This document shows, one piece after another, positions 8,940 through 20,139 of a DNA stretch of 64,000 nt. The position numbers and the translations under genes are program-made. The stretch is from an uncultured Rhizobacter sp. (GTDB lineage Bacteria > Pseudomonadota > Gammaproteobacteria > Burkholderiales > Burkholderiaceae_C). Position 1 is the first letter of the stretch. Every line of letters starts with the position of its first letter. The notes beneath the pieces were generated by a model. It had not been told where the DNA came from. It worked only from the letters and a program-made list of their open reading frames with translations, and did not search any database. The stretch lies in the NCBI GenBank assembly GCA_964236915.1, contig CAXSGM010000008.1, forward strand, positions 879 to 64,878, in the 5' to 3' direction.

Positions 8940-9815
8940 GTGATGTGGGAGTTCATCGAGTACAGCATCATCGGCCTGCTGTCCGGCGGCGTGCTGGCGC
9001 TGATCGCGCTGAGTTTCGTGCTGGTCTACAAGGGAACAGGGGTCGTCAACTTCGCAGTGGGCGAGGTGATGATGCTGGGCGCCTATCTCTACTACGCCGC
9101 CAACGTCACCTTCGGGCTGAACCCGCTGCCGGCCTTCGGGCTGGCACTCGGTGCGATCGCACTGCTGGCCGTGCTGGTCGAGCGGCTCGTGCTGCGGCCG
9201 TTGTCCGGGCAGTCGGCCGTGTCGGTGTTGATGGCGACCATCGGCATGGCCAGCATCATCCACGGCAGCGTCGAGGCGGTCTGGGGTGGCGACACCTTCA
9301 CCGTGCCGCCGCTGCTGCCGCGCATGCCGCTGAACTTCGGCGAGGTGCGCATCTCCGGCACGGCGGTCGGCAACTTCGCGGTCGCCGCAGCGCTCATCGC
9401 CGCCTTCAGCGCGTTCTTCCGCTATTCGAGAACCGGCATCGCGTTGCGGGCGACGGCCAGCGACCCGGTGACGGCTGCGACCATGGGCATCAACATCCAC
9501 TTCGCGCAGCGCCTGACCTGGGTGCTGTCAAGCCTCGTCGGCACGGTGGCCGGCGTGTTGATCGCGTCGTCGGCGAATTTGTCGCCCCTGCTCGCCGGCA
9601 CGGCCCTGGCCGGCTTCGCCGTGATCATCCTGGGCGGGCTCGACAGCATCGTCGGCGCCATCGTCGCGAGCCTGATCGTCGGTTGGCTCGACGCCGTCGC
9701 CGCCGGCTACCTCGGCGGCAAGGCGCGCGATCTGGTGCCCTACGTCGTCGTGCTCGCCATCCTGGTCGTGCGCCCGCACGGCATCTTCGGCTCGCGGACC
9801 ATCGAAAGGCTATAG
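8940..9815 (+). CDS. ABC transporter permease (LivH-like)
   Basis: Hydrophobic; VVNFAVGE, TGIALRA, ILGGLDS, RPHGIFG. Confidence 0.92.
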   Translation: MMWEFIEYSIIGLLSGGVLALIALSFVLVYKGTGVVNFAVGEVMMLGAYLYYAANVTFGLNPLPAFGLALGAIALLAVLVERLVLRPLSGQSAVSVLMATIGMASIIHGSVEAVWGGDTFTVPPLLPRMPLNFGEVRISGTAVGNFAVAAALIAAFSAFFRYSRTGIALRATASDPVTAATMGINIHFAQRLTWVLSSLVGTVAGVLIASSANLSPLLAGTALAGFAVIILGGLDSIVGAIVASLIVGWLDAVAAGYLGGKARDLVPYVVVLAILVVRPHGIFGSRTIERL

Positions 9816-9822
9816 GGATGGG

Positions 9823-9893
9823 TTGCCCCTGCGCTCACTTCGTTCACTGCCCTCCGAGGGGGCGCTCAGTGCCCCTGGTCCACGACAGTGGCC
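9823..9893. repeat. REP-like intergenic element
   Basis: GCCCCTGCGCTCACTTCGTTCACTGCCCTCCGAGGGGGCGCTCAGTGCCCC with internal GCCCTC/GAGGGGGC stem, between two permease genes. Confidence 0.5.
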
Positions 9894-9927
9894 CACGTCA
9901 TCGCCCACGGCGGCCGGGCGGTCATTG

Positions 9928-10965
9928 ATGCGAGCCGGTGTTTTCCACGAATCTCACCGCGCCGAAGAGCAGCTCTGGGATTCGCCGACCGCCCGGCGCT
10001 GGATGGCGGCTTGCCTCGTCGCGCTGGTCGCGTTGCCGCTCTATGGCAGCGACTACCTGCTTGCCATGGCGTGCATCGTCGGCATCCACATCGTCGCGAC
10101 GCTCGGCCTCAACGTGACGACCGGCAGCACCGGCCAGATATCGCTGGCGCACGCGGCCTTTCTCGGGGTCGGCTGCTACACGGTCGCCTGGCTGGCCAAG
10201 CACGGCGTACCGTTCTACTTGGCGCTGCCGCTCGCCGGGCTGGTCGCGGCGCTGCTCGGCGTTGTCGTCGGCTTGCCGAGTCTGCGCGTCAAGGGCCTGT
10301 ACCTCGCGATCGCCACGCTGGCGGCCCACTTCATCCTGACCTTCGTGTTCCGCGAATGGGACGCCGTGACCGGCGGCGTGCCCGGCACCTCGATTCCGCG
10401 TGCCAAGCTGTTCGGCTTCGAGCTGATCGGCGACCGTCGCAACTTCTACATGATCTACGGCTGCGTGCTGCTGCTCGCGCTCGCCACGCGCAATCTGCAG
10501 CGCAGTTACATCGGGCGCGCCTTCATCGCCGTGCGCGACCGTGACATCTCGGCCGAGATCCTCGGCGTGAGCCTGCTGCGCACCAAACTGCTCGCGTTCG
10601 CGCTGGGTGCGTTCTACGCGGGCGTCGCCGGCGGATTGCTCGGCTACTTCTACGGCAACATCACGCCCGAGTACTTCACCCTCACGCTGTCCATCTTCTA
10701 TCTTGCGGCCATCATCGTCGGCGGCGCGACGGTGCTCGGCAGTCTGCTGGGGGCGGTCTTCATGACCTTCGTGCCCGAACTGCTTCGGCTTGTCGCCCAC
10801 GCGAGCGCGCAGTGGTTGCCCGGCATCGCCGGACTGTTGTTGCCGATGGGACAGGTCGTGTTCGGCCTGCTGATCATCGGCTTCCTGATCTTCGAGCCCC
10901 ATGGGCTGTCAGCGATGTGGACACGCGTGCGGCGCGTCTTCCACCTCTGGCCCTTCATCACGTGA
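9928..10965 (+). CDS. ABC transporter permease (LivM-like)
   Basis: Start MRAGVF; GQISLAHAAFLGVG, LRVKGLYLAIATLA, GRAFIAVRD, C-terminal WPF. Confidence 0.9.
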   Translation: MRAGVFHESHRAEEQLWDSPTARRWMAACLVALVALPLYGSDYLLAMACIVGIHIVATLGLNVTTGSTGQISLAHAAFLGVGCYTVAWLAKHGVPFYLALPLAGLVAALLGVVVGLPSLRVKGLYLAIATLAAHFILTFVFREWDAVTGGVPGTSIPRAKLFGFELIGDRRNFYMIYGCVLLLALATRNLQRSYIGRAFIAVRDRDISAEILGVSLLRTKLLAFALGAFYAGVAGGLLGYFYGNITPEYFTLTLSIFYLAAIIVGGATVLGSLLGAVFMTFVPELLRLVAHASAQWLPGIAGLLLPMGQVVFGLLIIGFLIFEPHGLSAMWTRVRRVFHLWPFIT

Positions 10966-10992
10966 TTCACCGACAAAAGCAAGGAGACCGAC

Positions 10993-12209
10993 ATGACCGA
11001 CCCTCTCATACCCGACCCTTTCAAGCCCGACCCTCTCAGGCGCCAACTCATCAAGGCGGCCGGCAGCGCTGCGGCGCTCGGTCCGTTGGCCATTGGCAGC
11101 GCCTCGGCGCAGGCGCAGAAGAGCGAAATCGTGATCGCCGCGTCGCAGCCGATCACCGGCGTCTTCGCCTTTGCCGGCACGGCGATGAACAACGGCTTGA
11201 ACGACTTCGTGCTCTGGAAGAACGCGAACGGCGGCGTGGCCGGCCACAAGCTGCGCTACGTCTCCGAGGACAGCGGCTTCAAGCTCGACCAGGGCGTGGC
11301 GATCTTCAAGAAGCTGATGGCCTCGGAGAAGCCGAACTTCTTCTACGGCGACAGCACGCAATGGGTCAAAGCCGTCGCGCAGGACGCGGTCGCCGCCGGC
11401 ACGGTCATGACCTCCTCGACCTCGCTCGCCGCCAGCGTCGCCGACCCGGTGACGATGCCGCAGCACTTCGTGCCCGGTCCGATCTACGGCTCGATGCACG
11501 AGATCCTGATGGAGTACATCGCCAAGACCTGGGGCAAGGCCGAGAAGCCGAAGGTCGCCTACGTGTACGCCGACAGCGAGTTCGGCCGCGACGGCATTCC
11601 CGGCGGCAAGGCCCGCGCCGAGAAGCTCGGCATTCCGGTCGTGGCCGAGATCGTCACCAAGCAGGCCGGCATCGACGTGGCGCCCGAAGTCGCCAAGCTG
11701 CGCCGCGCCAAGCCCGACATCGTGATCTTCCAGGGCTACATCCTCGCGCCGATGCCCGAGTTCGTGCGCCAGATGCGCGAAGCCGGGCTGACGAGCCAGG
11801 TGATGGGCACCGCGTGGGGCCTCGACCGGCCGGCCTACGATGCGCTCGGCGCGCTGGGCGAATCGCTCAGCGGCGTGAGCCCGTACCGCTACGGCCACGA
11901 GACCGATTCGACGATGATCAACGCGATGCGTGATTTCGGCGCGAAGAACCGGCCGGACATGAAGAACCTGTCGCCGTTCTACATCAGCTCCTGGCTTTCG
12001 GGCATGGTGTTCGCCGAGATCGCCGAGCGCTGCGTCAAGGCCAACAAGCCGCTCACCCTGGCCAACATGAAGGCCGCGCTCGAATCGATGAAGAGCTGGG
12101 ACTCGGGCGGTATCTTCGGCACGCTCGTCGATTACAGCAAGCACCAGGCACCGGTGGGCCGCATCTACCGTTACGACTCCAAGGCCAAGACGATGGAGCC
12201 GGCGAGCTC

Positions 12210-12225
<16 letters not shown>
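10993..12225 (+). CDS. ABC transporter substrate-binding protein (Leu/Ile/Val-binding fold), Tat-type leader
   Basis: RBS AAGGAG; RRQLIK leader, ASA-Q cleavage, NANGGVAG. Confidence 0.88.
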
Positions 12226-13034
<809 letters not shown>

Positions 13035-13044
13035 GGGTACGGCC

Positions 13045-14865
13045 GTGAATCCAGACGTACTCGCCACACTCACCCCGCCGCAGCAGGTGCTGTACTGGGC
13101 ACGCATTCGGCCGGGTGCCGTCGCCCTGCGGCAGAAGGAATTCGGCATCTGGCAGCCGGTGGCGTGGCGCGAGTATGCCGAGCGCTCGGGCTGCCTTGCG
13201 CTCGCCCTGCTGCAACTCGGCCTGCGGGCCGGCGAGAAGGTCTCGATCCTCGGCGAGAACCGCATCGAATGGGTGATCGCCCAGTCGGGCGTCGGCCTGG
13301 CGGGGGGCATCGTCGCCGGCGTGTACCCGACGTCGCCGGGTGTCGAGATCGAATACCTGCTGCAGCTCGCCGGCTCGCCGATCATCGTCTGCGAAGACCA
13401 GGAGCAGCTCGACAAGGTGCTGTCGGTGCGCGCGAGGCTGCCCGAGCTGCGCCAGATCGTGCTGATCGACGCCCGCGGCCTGCGCCACTACGACCGCAGC
13501 GGCATCCACGAGTTCGAGACGCTGATCGAGAGCGGTCGTGCGCTGATGGCGGCGGCACCGGCCCGTGTCGCCGAGCTGGCCGCTGGGCAGTCGCTCGACG
13601 ACATCGGCCTGATCGTCTTCACCTCCGGCTCGACCGGCCGGCCCAAGGCGGCGCAGATGAGCTGGCGCGGCCTCGGCGCAGCAGCACGCGGCCTGAACAC
13701 GGTGCTCGGCTGCACGCAACGCGATGCGCTGGTGTCGTATCTGCCGCTCTGCCATGTCGCAGAGCAGATGTTCTCGATTCACATCCCGCTGGCGACCGGC
13801 GCCGTGGTGAACTTCGCCGAAAGCCTGCGCACCGTGCAGGAAGACCTGCGCGAGCTTTCGCCGCAAATCTTCTTCGGCGTGCCGCGCATCTGGGAAAAGT
13901 TCCACGCCTCGATCCAGACCAAGCTGCGCGAAGCCGGCGGCTGGCGGCTCGCGCTGTACCGGCGGGCGATGACATCGGTCGGCCGCTTCGCGGCGACGCC
14001 GCGGGCGCAGTGGAGCCTCGGCCAGCGACTGACGCGCACCGTGTGGTATGTGCTGATCCTGCGGCCGCTGCTCAACTTCGTCGGCTTGCGGCGATGCCGC
14101 GTCGCGATCTCGTCGGGCGCACCGATCGCACCCGATATCCTGCACTTCTTCCGCACCCTCGGCGTGCCGATCCGCGAAGCCTACGGCCTGACCGAGGCCT
14201 CGGGCGCGACGACGATGCAGCCGAGCGATGCCTCGCCGGTCGGCACTGTCGGCGTCGCCTACCCCGGCATCGAGCTGCAGCTGGCCGACGACGGCGAGAT
14301 CATGATCCGTGGCGATGTCGTGTTCCGCGGCTATTACCGCAATGCCGAGGCGACCGCCGAGGCGATCGACGCCGACGGCTGGCTCCACACCGGCGATGTC
14401 GGGCGTTGGGAGGAAGGCCCGAACGGCCGCGAGCTGCGCATCGTCGACCGCAAGAAGGACATCATGATCACCGCGGGCGGCAAGAACATCACGCCGTCGG
14501 AGATCGAGAACGCGCTGCGCATCTCGCCGTACATCAAGGAAGCGATCGTGATCGCGGATCGGCGGCGTTTCGTCTCGGCGCTGCTGCAGATCGACTTCGA
14601 GAGCGTGGGCAACTGGGCCGAGGCGAAGGGGCTCGGCTACACCACCTTCAAGAGCCTCGTCGAACAGGATTCGGTGCGAGCGATGATCGAGGCAGAGGTC
14701 GCCCGCGCCAACGCCCATCTCGCGCAAGTGCAGCAGGTGCGCAAGTTCCATCTGCTGGCCAAGGAGCTCGACCACGACGACGGCGAAGTGACGGCGACGA
14801 TGAAGGTGCGGCGCAAGACCATCGCCCAAAAGTACGCCGACGTGATCGAGGCGATCTATGCCTGA
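13045..14865 (+). CDS. Long-chain fatty-acid-CoA ligase (FadD-like)
   Basis: FTSGSTGRPK, SYLPLCHVAE, YGLTE, WLHTGD, DRKKDIMITAGGKNITP. Confidence 0.9.
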   Translation: MNPDVLATLTPPQQVLYWARIRPGAVALRQKEFGIWQPVAWREYAERSGCLALALLQLGLRAGEKVSILGENRIEWVIAQSGVGLAGGIVAGVYPTSPGVEIEYLLQLAGSPIIVCEDQEQLDKVLSVRARLPELRQIVLIDARGLRHYDRSGIHEFETLIESGRALMAAAPARVAELAAGQSLDDIGLIVFTSGSTGRPKAAQMSWRGLGAAARGLNTVLGCTQRDALVSYLPLCHVAEQMFSIHIPLATGAVVNFAESLRTVQEDLRELSPQIFFGVPRIWEKFHASIQTKLREAGGWRLALYRRAMTSVGRFAATPRAQWSLGQRLTRTVWYVLILRPLLNFVGLRRCRVAISSGAPIAPDILHFFRTLGVPIREAYGLTEASGATTMQPSDASPVGTVGVAYPGIELQLADDGEIMIRGDVVFRGYYRNAEATAEAIDADGWLHTGDVGRWEEGPNGRELRIVDRKKDIMITAGGKNITPSEIENALRISPYIKEAIVIADRRRFVSALLQIDFESVGNWAEAKGLGYTTFKSLVEQDSVRAMIEAEVARANAHLAQVQQVRKFHLLAKELDHDDGEVTATMKVRRKTIAQKYADVIEAIYA

Positions 14866-15664
14866 CGCGTCTCGGGAGCCGGGCGCGCTGCGCGAATCGA
14901 TCGCCGACGGCATTTCGTTGCTGCGCCTGAACCGGCCGGCAAGGCTGAATGCGCTCGACGACGACACGGTGCGCCTGATCGGCCGGTTGCTCGACGCGGT
15001 CGCCGACGACGAAGCCTGCCGGGTGCTGATCGTCAGCGGCGCCGGGCGCGGTTTCTGCGCCGGCTTCGACCTCTCGCTCGCCGCCGACGCGCCGGGCAGC
15101 GAGCAGGGCGAGACGCAGGCCTGGATGAAGCGTCAGGAGCTCTTCGCTGGCCTCGTCACCCGGCTGCGCGGCCTGCGCCAACCGGTGATCGCCGCCGTCA
15201 ACGGCCCGGCCAACGGCGCAGGGCTCGGCCTTGCGCTGGCAGCCGAGATCCGCATCGCCGCGCGATCGGCCTCGTTCAACTCGGCCTTCGTCAAGGTCGG
15301 GATGTCGAGCTGCGACATCGGCGTCAGCTGGCTGCTGCCGCGCGCCATCGGCACGTCGCGCTCGTTCGAGATGATGCTGACGGGGCGGATGGTCGATGCG
15401 GCGGAGGCAGAGCGCATCGGCCTCGTCTCCGAGCTGGTCGACGACGCGCAGCTGCTGCCACGCGCGGTCGAACTGGCGCGAGGCATCGCGGCGAACAGCG
15501 CGTTCGGGGTCTGGATGACCAAGCGCGGCGGCTGGGCCAACATCGAGAGCCCGGGTCTGGCGAGCGCGATCGAGCTTGAGAACCGCACGCAGATCCTGGC
15601 GCGCACCACTGGCGACTTGCAACGCGCGGCCGAAGCGCTGCTGGCACGCCACAAGGCGCCATGA
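14858..15664 (+). CDS. Enoyl-CoA hydratase/isomerase family protein
   Basis: LNRPARLNAL, FCAGFDL, AAVNGPANGAG. Confidence 0.88.
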   Translation: MPDASREPGALRESIADGISLLRLNRPARLNALDDDTVRLIGRLLDAVADDEACRVLIVSGAGRGFCAGFDLSLAADAPGSEQGETQAWMKRQELFAGLVTRLRGLRQPVIAAVNGPANGAGLGLALAAEIRIAARSASFNSAFVKVGMSSCDIGVSWLLPRAIGTSRSFEMMLTGRMVDAAEAERIGLVSELVDDAQLLPRAVELARGIAANSAFGVWMTKRGGWANIESPGLASAIELENRTQILARTTGDLQRAAEALLARHKAP

Positions 15665-15718
15665 CCTCTCCGACGCGGGCGATATGAATCCGGCGCGCCT
15701 CGGCAGAAGCAGCTTCGA

Positions 15719-16720
15719 TCAGGACGTTGCCGCAGAGGGGCGCCCGGACCGACTCGCCGCCCGCAGCCGCAGCAGCGCGTAGACGCTGTCGATCGTCGGT
15801 GTCGGCGACTTCGCCAGTTCGCGCATCGCAACTATCGAATCGACCAGCACGTCGAGCTCCAGCGGGCGGCCGCGTTCCAGGTCCTGGAGCATCGACATCT
15901 TGTGATTTCCGGCGTTGCGCGCGGCGGCGATCCGCTGGTCGATCGTGATCGGCGTCTTCTCGACACCGAGTCTCGCGGCGAGCGCATCCGCTTCCTGCAT
16001 CATCGCTCGCACGATCGCGACGATCTCGGGGCGGGCATTCATCTCCGAGAGCGTGGCCAGCGTCAGCGTCGCGACCGGGTTCCAGCACAGGCTGCTGATC
16101 ATCTTGGCCCAGATCCAGGCGCGGATGTCGGGCACGATCGGCGCGTCGAGGCCGGCCGACGCGAGTGCGCCGGCGAGCCGGGTCAGGCGCTCGCTGGTCG
16201 AGCCGTCGGGCTCGCCGACGGGGAAGCGCGACAGGCTGCCGTCATGGTGGATCACACCCGGTGCAGTGACCTCCGAGGCGACCCAGTAGACGCAGCCGAT
16301 GACCCGCTCGGGCGCCATCTGCTGCCACTGCAATCCCTGCGGGTCGAGGCGCTCGATCTGGCGGTTCAGGAACGGACCGGGCAGCTTGTGGAAGTACCAG
16401 TACGGGATCCCGGTCGTCGGTGGCACGACGGCGGTATGCGGGCCGAGCAAGGCCTGGATGCCACCGAGCGCCGGCGTCACCTGGTGCGATTTCAGCGCAA
16501 TGATCACGACGTCCTGTGGCCCGAGTTCGGCCGGGGTATCGGTCGCGTGGACGTGTGCGCGCAGCATGCCGCGGGGCGACTCGAGGATCAGGCCATCGCG
16601 CCGGATCGCCGACAGGTGCGCACCGCGCGCAACGACGCTGACCCGCGCGCCGTCGACCTGTGCCAGATGCGCCGCCAGATAACCGCCGATCGCGCCGGCG
16701 CCGAACACGCAGATCTTCAT
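15719..16720 (-). CDS. 2-dehydropantoate 2-reductase (PanE/ApbA) family protein
   Basis: MKICVFGAGAIGG, IIALKSH, IWAK, KMSMLQDLERGRPLE. Confidence 0.85.
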   Translation of the reverse strand: MKICVFGAGAIGGYLAAHLAQVDGARVSVVARGAHLSAIRRDGLILESPRGMLRAHVHATDTPAELGPQDVVIIALKSHQVTPALGGIQALLGPHTAVVPPTTGIPYWYFHKLPGPFLNRQIERLDPQGLQWQQMAPERVIGCVYWVASEVTAPGVIHHDGSLSRFPVGEPDGSTSERLTRLAGALASAGLDAPIVPDIRAWIWAKMISSLCWNPVATLTLATLSEMNARPEIVAIVRAMMQEADALAARLGVEKTPITIDQRIAAARNAGNHKMSMLQDLERGRPLELDVLVDSIVAMRELAKSPTPTIDSVYALLRLRAASRSGRPSAATS

Positions 16721-16739
16721 GAAGTACCCCCTTCGACCT

Positions 16740-17543
16740 TCAGTTGGGCGTCAACACCACGCCACCGCAGACCGAGATGACCTGACCGGTCACGTACTGC
16801 GACAGGTCGGTGGCCAGGAACTCCAGCACGCCGGCGCAGTCCTCGACCTGGCCGAGGCGGCGCAGCGGCACCTTGGCCGCCTCGGCGTCTGTGCCGATGC
16901 CGCGTGCGGCGGCTTGGGCCGCGACACGCGCCGTCAGCATGATGCCGGGCGCGAGGCAGTTCGCACGAATGCCCTGCGGCCCGAGTTCGGCCGCGAGGTA
17001 GCGGGTGTAGTGGGTGACCGCCGCCTTCGAGGCCGCGTACGCTGAGAGCAGGCCCTGGTTGTAGGTCGTGATGCCCGACTGCGACGAGATGTTGACGATC
17101 ACGCCGCGGCGTGCAAGCTTCATCATCGGCGCGACGGCCTGGCAGCAGTGCACGGTGCTCATGAAGTTCACGTCCATCAGGAGGCGCGTGTCTTCCTCGG
17201 GAGAGCTCGACGCATGGCTGCGCTCGGCCGGCGTGATCGCGCCGCCCGCGTTGTTGACGAGGATGTCGACGCGGCCGAGCAGCCGGTGTGCGGACTCGAC
17301 GGCGGCGAAAGCCTGGTCGCGCTGCGTCAGGTCGGCCTGGAGACCGAAGCCGCGCCGGCCTGTCTGCTCGATTTCGGCGGCGACGCTCGGCGCGCCGAGG
17401 CGCTCACCGTATTCGGCAGCACCCTCGAGGTCGAGATCGACGATCGCGACATCGGCGCCCAGCGATGCGAGCCGCAGCGCATAGGCGCGACCCAGCCCGC
17501 GCGCGCCGCCAGTGACGATGGCGGTTTGCCCTTGAAGCTTCAT
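16740..17543 (-). CDS. SDR family oxidoreductase
   Basis: TGGARGLG, NNAG, YAASK. Confidence 0.9.
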   Translation of the reverse strand: MKLQGQTAIVTGGARGLGRAYALRLASLGADVAIVDLDLEGAAEYGERLGAPSVAAEIEQTGRRGFGLQADLTQRDQAFAAVESAHRLLGRVDILVNNAGGAITPAERSHASSSPEEDTRLLMDVNFMSTVHCCQAVAPMMKLARRGVIVNISSQSGITTYNQGLLSAYAASKAAVTHYTRYLAAELGPQGIRANCLAPGIMLTARVAAQAAARGIGTDAEAAKVPLRRLGQVEDCAGVLEFLATDLSQYVTGQVISVCGGVVLTPN

Positions 17544-18325
17544 GCGGTGGTTCCTTGAAAGAGTGGCGAAGGGGCAGCGGACGGCGACTGCGCGGCGGCT
17601 CCGAGGTAGGCCCGGCGCACCAGCTCGCCGCCCAGCATCTCGTTCGCCGGCCCGAAGCCGATGACCCGGCCGTTCTGCATCACGTAGGCCGTGTCGGCGA
17701 TCTGCAGGGCGCGCTCGACCATCTGCTCGACCAGCAGGATGGCGGTGCCGTCACGGCGCAGTTGCACGACGGCGTCGAGCAGCTGGTCGATCACCGCCGG
17801 GGCGAGGCCGAGCGAGGGCTCGTCGAGCATCAGCAGGCGCGGCTCGCGCATCAGCGCCTGGGCGACTGCGAGCATCTGCTGCTGGCCACCCGAGAGGATG
17901 CCGGCACGCGCGCTGCGGCGCTCGTGAAGAACCGGAAACAGCTCGTAGACGCGCTCGAAGCGCAGGCCGACATCGGCTTTCGAGAGCTTCGTGCCCCACA
18001 GCCCGAGCTGCAGGTTGTCGCGAACCGTCTGGGTGCGGAAGAGGCGCCGGCCCTCGGCCACGTGCAGCAGCCCGCGCGCGACGATTGCCGCCGGCGCCGC
18101 GTCGTTCAGCGTCTCGCCGGCGAACACGATCTGCCCGGCGCTGCTGCGCAGCAGGCCGGACAGGGTGCGCAGCAAGGTCGATTTGCCCGCGCCGTTGCTG
18201 CCGACGAGGGCGACGAAACCGCGCTCGGGGACCTCGATCGACACGCCGTCGAGCACCGCCACACGGCCATAGCCGGCGTGCAGGCCGCTCACCTGCAGCA
18301 GTGGCGGAGCGGTCGGAGTCGTCAC
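17540..18325 (-). CDS. ABC transporter ATP-binding protein (LivF-like)
   Basis: GSNGAGKS, LSGGQQQML, LDEPSLGLAP. Confidence 0.9.
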   Translation of the reverse strand: MTTPTAPPLLQVSGLHAGYGRVAVLDGVSIEVPERGFVALVGSNGAGKSTLLRTLSGLLRSSAGQIVFAGETLNDAAPAAIVARGLLHVAEGRRLFRTQTVRDNLQLGLWGTKLSKADVGLRFERVYELFPVLHERRSARAGILSGGQQQMLAVAQALMREPRLLMLDEPSLGLAPAVIDQLLDAVVQLRRDGTAILLVEQMVERALQIADTAYVMQNGRVIGFGPANEMLGGELVRRAYLGAAAQSPSAAPSPLFQGTTA

Positions 18326-20136
18326 CGCGAGCCTCCGGTGCCTTCGCGGCCCATGTAGGCACGCGCCACTTCGGGATGGCTGAAGACCTCCTCCGGCGTG
18401 CCGGCGGCGAGCACCCGGCCGCGGTCGAGCACCGTGACCGAGCGGCTGATGCGGGCGATCAGTTCGAGATGGTGTTCGACGATCAGCACCGTCGTGCCGA
18501 GCGCCCCGATCGCCTCGATCAGTGCACCGAGCCGATCGAGTTCGTCCATCGACAGACCGGCCGCGGGTTCGTCCAGAAGCAGCAGCGAAGGTCGACCCGC
18601 CAGCGCCCGGGCGATCTCCACCAAACGCTGCTGGCCGTGCGGAAGGTCGCCGGCGAGATCGTCGGCGCGGTCGGCCAGGCCGACGAACTGCAGCAGTGCG
18701 AGGGCGGCGGCGGAGCCATCGTCTCGGTCGCGCCGTGCACGCGGCAGGCCGACCGCGATGGCGAACGCAGACGCCCGCTCACTGACGTATCCGCCGAGGC
18801 GGACGTTGTCGAGCACCGTCATGTCGTGCAGCAGCTTCGGTGTCTGGAAAGTTCGGCCGACGCCGAGCCGTGCGATCCGGTGCGGCGCGCGGCCGAAGAT
18901 ATCGGTATCGCCGATCGTCACGCTGCCCCGGTCGCTGCGAATGAAGCCGCTGATCACGTTGAGCATCGTCGTCTTGCCCGAACCGTTCGGACCGACCAGC
19001 GCGTGCGTGCAGCCGGCTTCGGCGCTGAGCGCGCAGCCTTGTAGCGCCGCCACTCCCCCGAAGTGCTTGTGCAGGTCGGTCACGACCAGCCCGAGCCGAG
19101 GCACAGCCGGCTGCGCGGCGCTGTTCAACGACTCCGTGCGGCCGACGACGGGCGCCGCCCGCCTGCCCCGCCGCTGCCAGAACGACATGCCCATGATGCC
19201 GTGCGGCGCGAACACCATCAGCACCAGAAGCGCCACGCCGTAGATCAACAGACGCCAGCTCTGCAGCGCCCCGAGCAGCTCCGGCAACAGGAAGAAGACC
19301 AGCGTGCCGATCACCGGCCCCCAGAGCTTGCCGAGGCCACCGACGACGATCACGAGCAGAAAAAATATCGAGAAATCGGCGCTGAAATCCTCGGGCGTGA
19401 TGACCGTCTTCTGCACGGCATAGAAAGCCCCCGCGAGGCCCGCCAATGCCGCGCTCACAGCGAAGGCGAAGAGCTTGATGTGCAGCAGCGAGACGCCGGA
19501 GGCGGTGGCGGCGAGCGGGTTGTCGCGCGCTGCGACCATGCCGCGGCCGAAGCGCGACAGCGTCAGGTTGCGCGTCACGAGGAACGCCAGCACGACGCAG
19601 GCGGCCACGACCAGGTAGACCTCGACCGGGCCGAGCGTGTGCGTGCCGATGGCTGGGGCCGCAATGCCGATGATTCCCGAGAAGCCGCGTGTCAGGCCGC
19701 GCCACTCGACCAGCAGGTCGGTCACGACCTGCGCGAAGGTCAGCGTCACCAGCGCGAAGTACCAGGTCGACAGGCGCAGCGCCGGCAGCGCCATCGCCAG
19801 CCCCGCCAGCACGGCGATGACCATGCCGGCGAGCGCCGCGGCCCAGAACGACCAGTGCGCATCGACCATGAGCAGCGAAGTCGCGTAGCTGCCGACGGCG
19901 ACCAGCGCCCCGTGGCCGAGCGACACCTGGCCGGCATACCCGGTGAGAAAGTTCAGGCCGATCGCGACCAGCATCATCACGCCGGCCTGGGTCGCGAGGA
20001 ACAGGATGAACTCGCCGCGGAACCACAGCGGCAAGGCGATCGCCGCCGCGAGCAGCACCGCTCCTGCGATCCGCCCGAGCAGACCGCGCGACAACGGCGC
20101 CGCCGCGACGAACGGGGTCGAGGTGGAAAGGTTCAT
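18322..20136 (-). CDS. Fused ABC permease/ATP-binding protein (LivM-LivG)
   Basis: N-terminal TM region with GYAGQVSLGHG; C-terminal GPNGSGKT, GRTFQ, LDEPAAG. Confidence 0.9.
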   Translation of the reverse strand: MNLSTSTPFVAAAPLSRGLLGRIAGAVLLAAAIALPLWFRGEFILFLATQAGVMMLVAIGLNFLTGYAGQVSLGHGALVAVGSYATSLLMVDAHWSFWAAALAGMVIAVLAGLAMALPALRLSTWYFALVTLTFAQVVTDLLVEWRGLTRGFSGIIGIAAPAIGTHTLGPVEVYLVVAACVVLAFLVTRNLTLSRFGRGMVAARDNPLAATASGVSLLHIKLFAFAVSAALAGLAGAFYAVQKTVITPEDFSADFSIFFLLVIVVGGLGKLWGPVIGTLVFFLLPELLGALQSWRLLIYGVALLVLMVFAPHGIMGMSFWQRRGRRAAPVVGRTESLNSAAQPAVPRLGLVVTDLHKHFGGVAALQGCALSAEAGCTHALVGPNGSGKTTMLNVISGFIRSDRGSVTIGDTDIFGRAPHRIARLGVGRTFQTPKLLHDMTVLDNVRLGGYVSERASAFAIAVGLPRARRDRDDGSAAALALLQFVGLADRADDLAGDLPHGQQRLVEIARALAGRPSLLLLDEPAAGLSMDELDRLGALIEAIGALGTTVLIVEHHLELIARISRSVTVLDRGRVLAAGTPEEVFSHPEVARAYMGREGTGGSR

Positions 20137-20139
20137 CGC

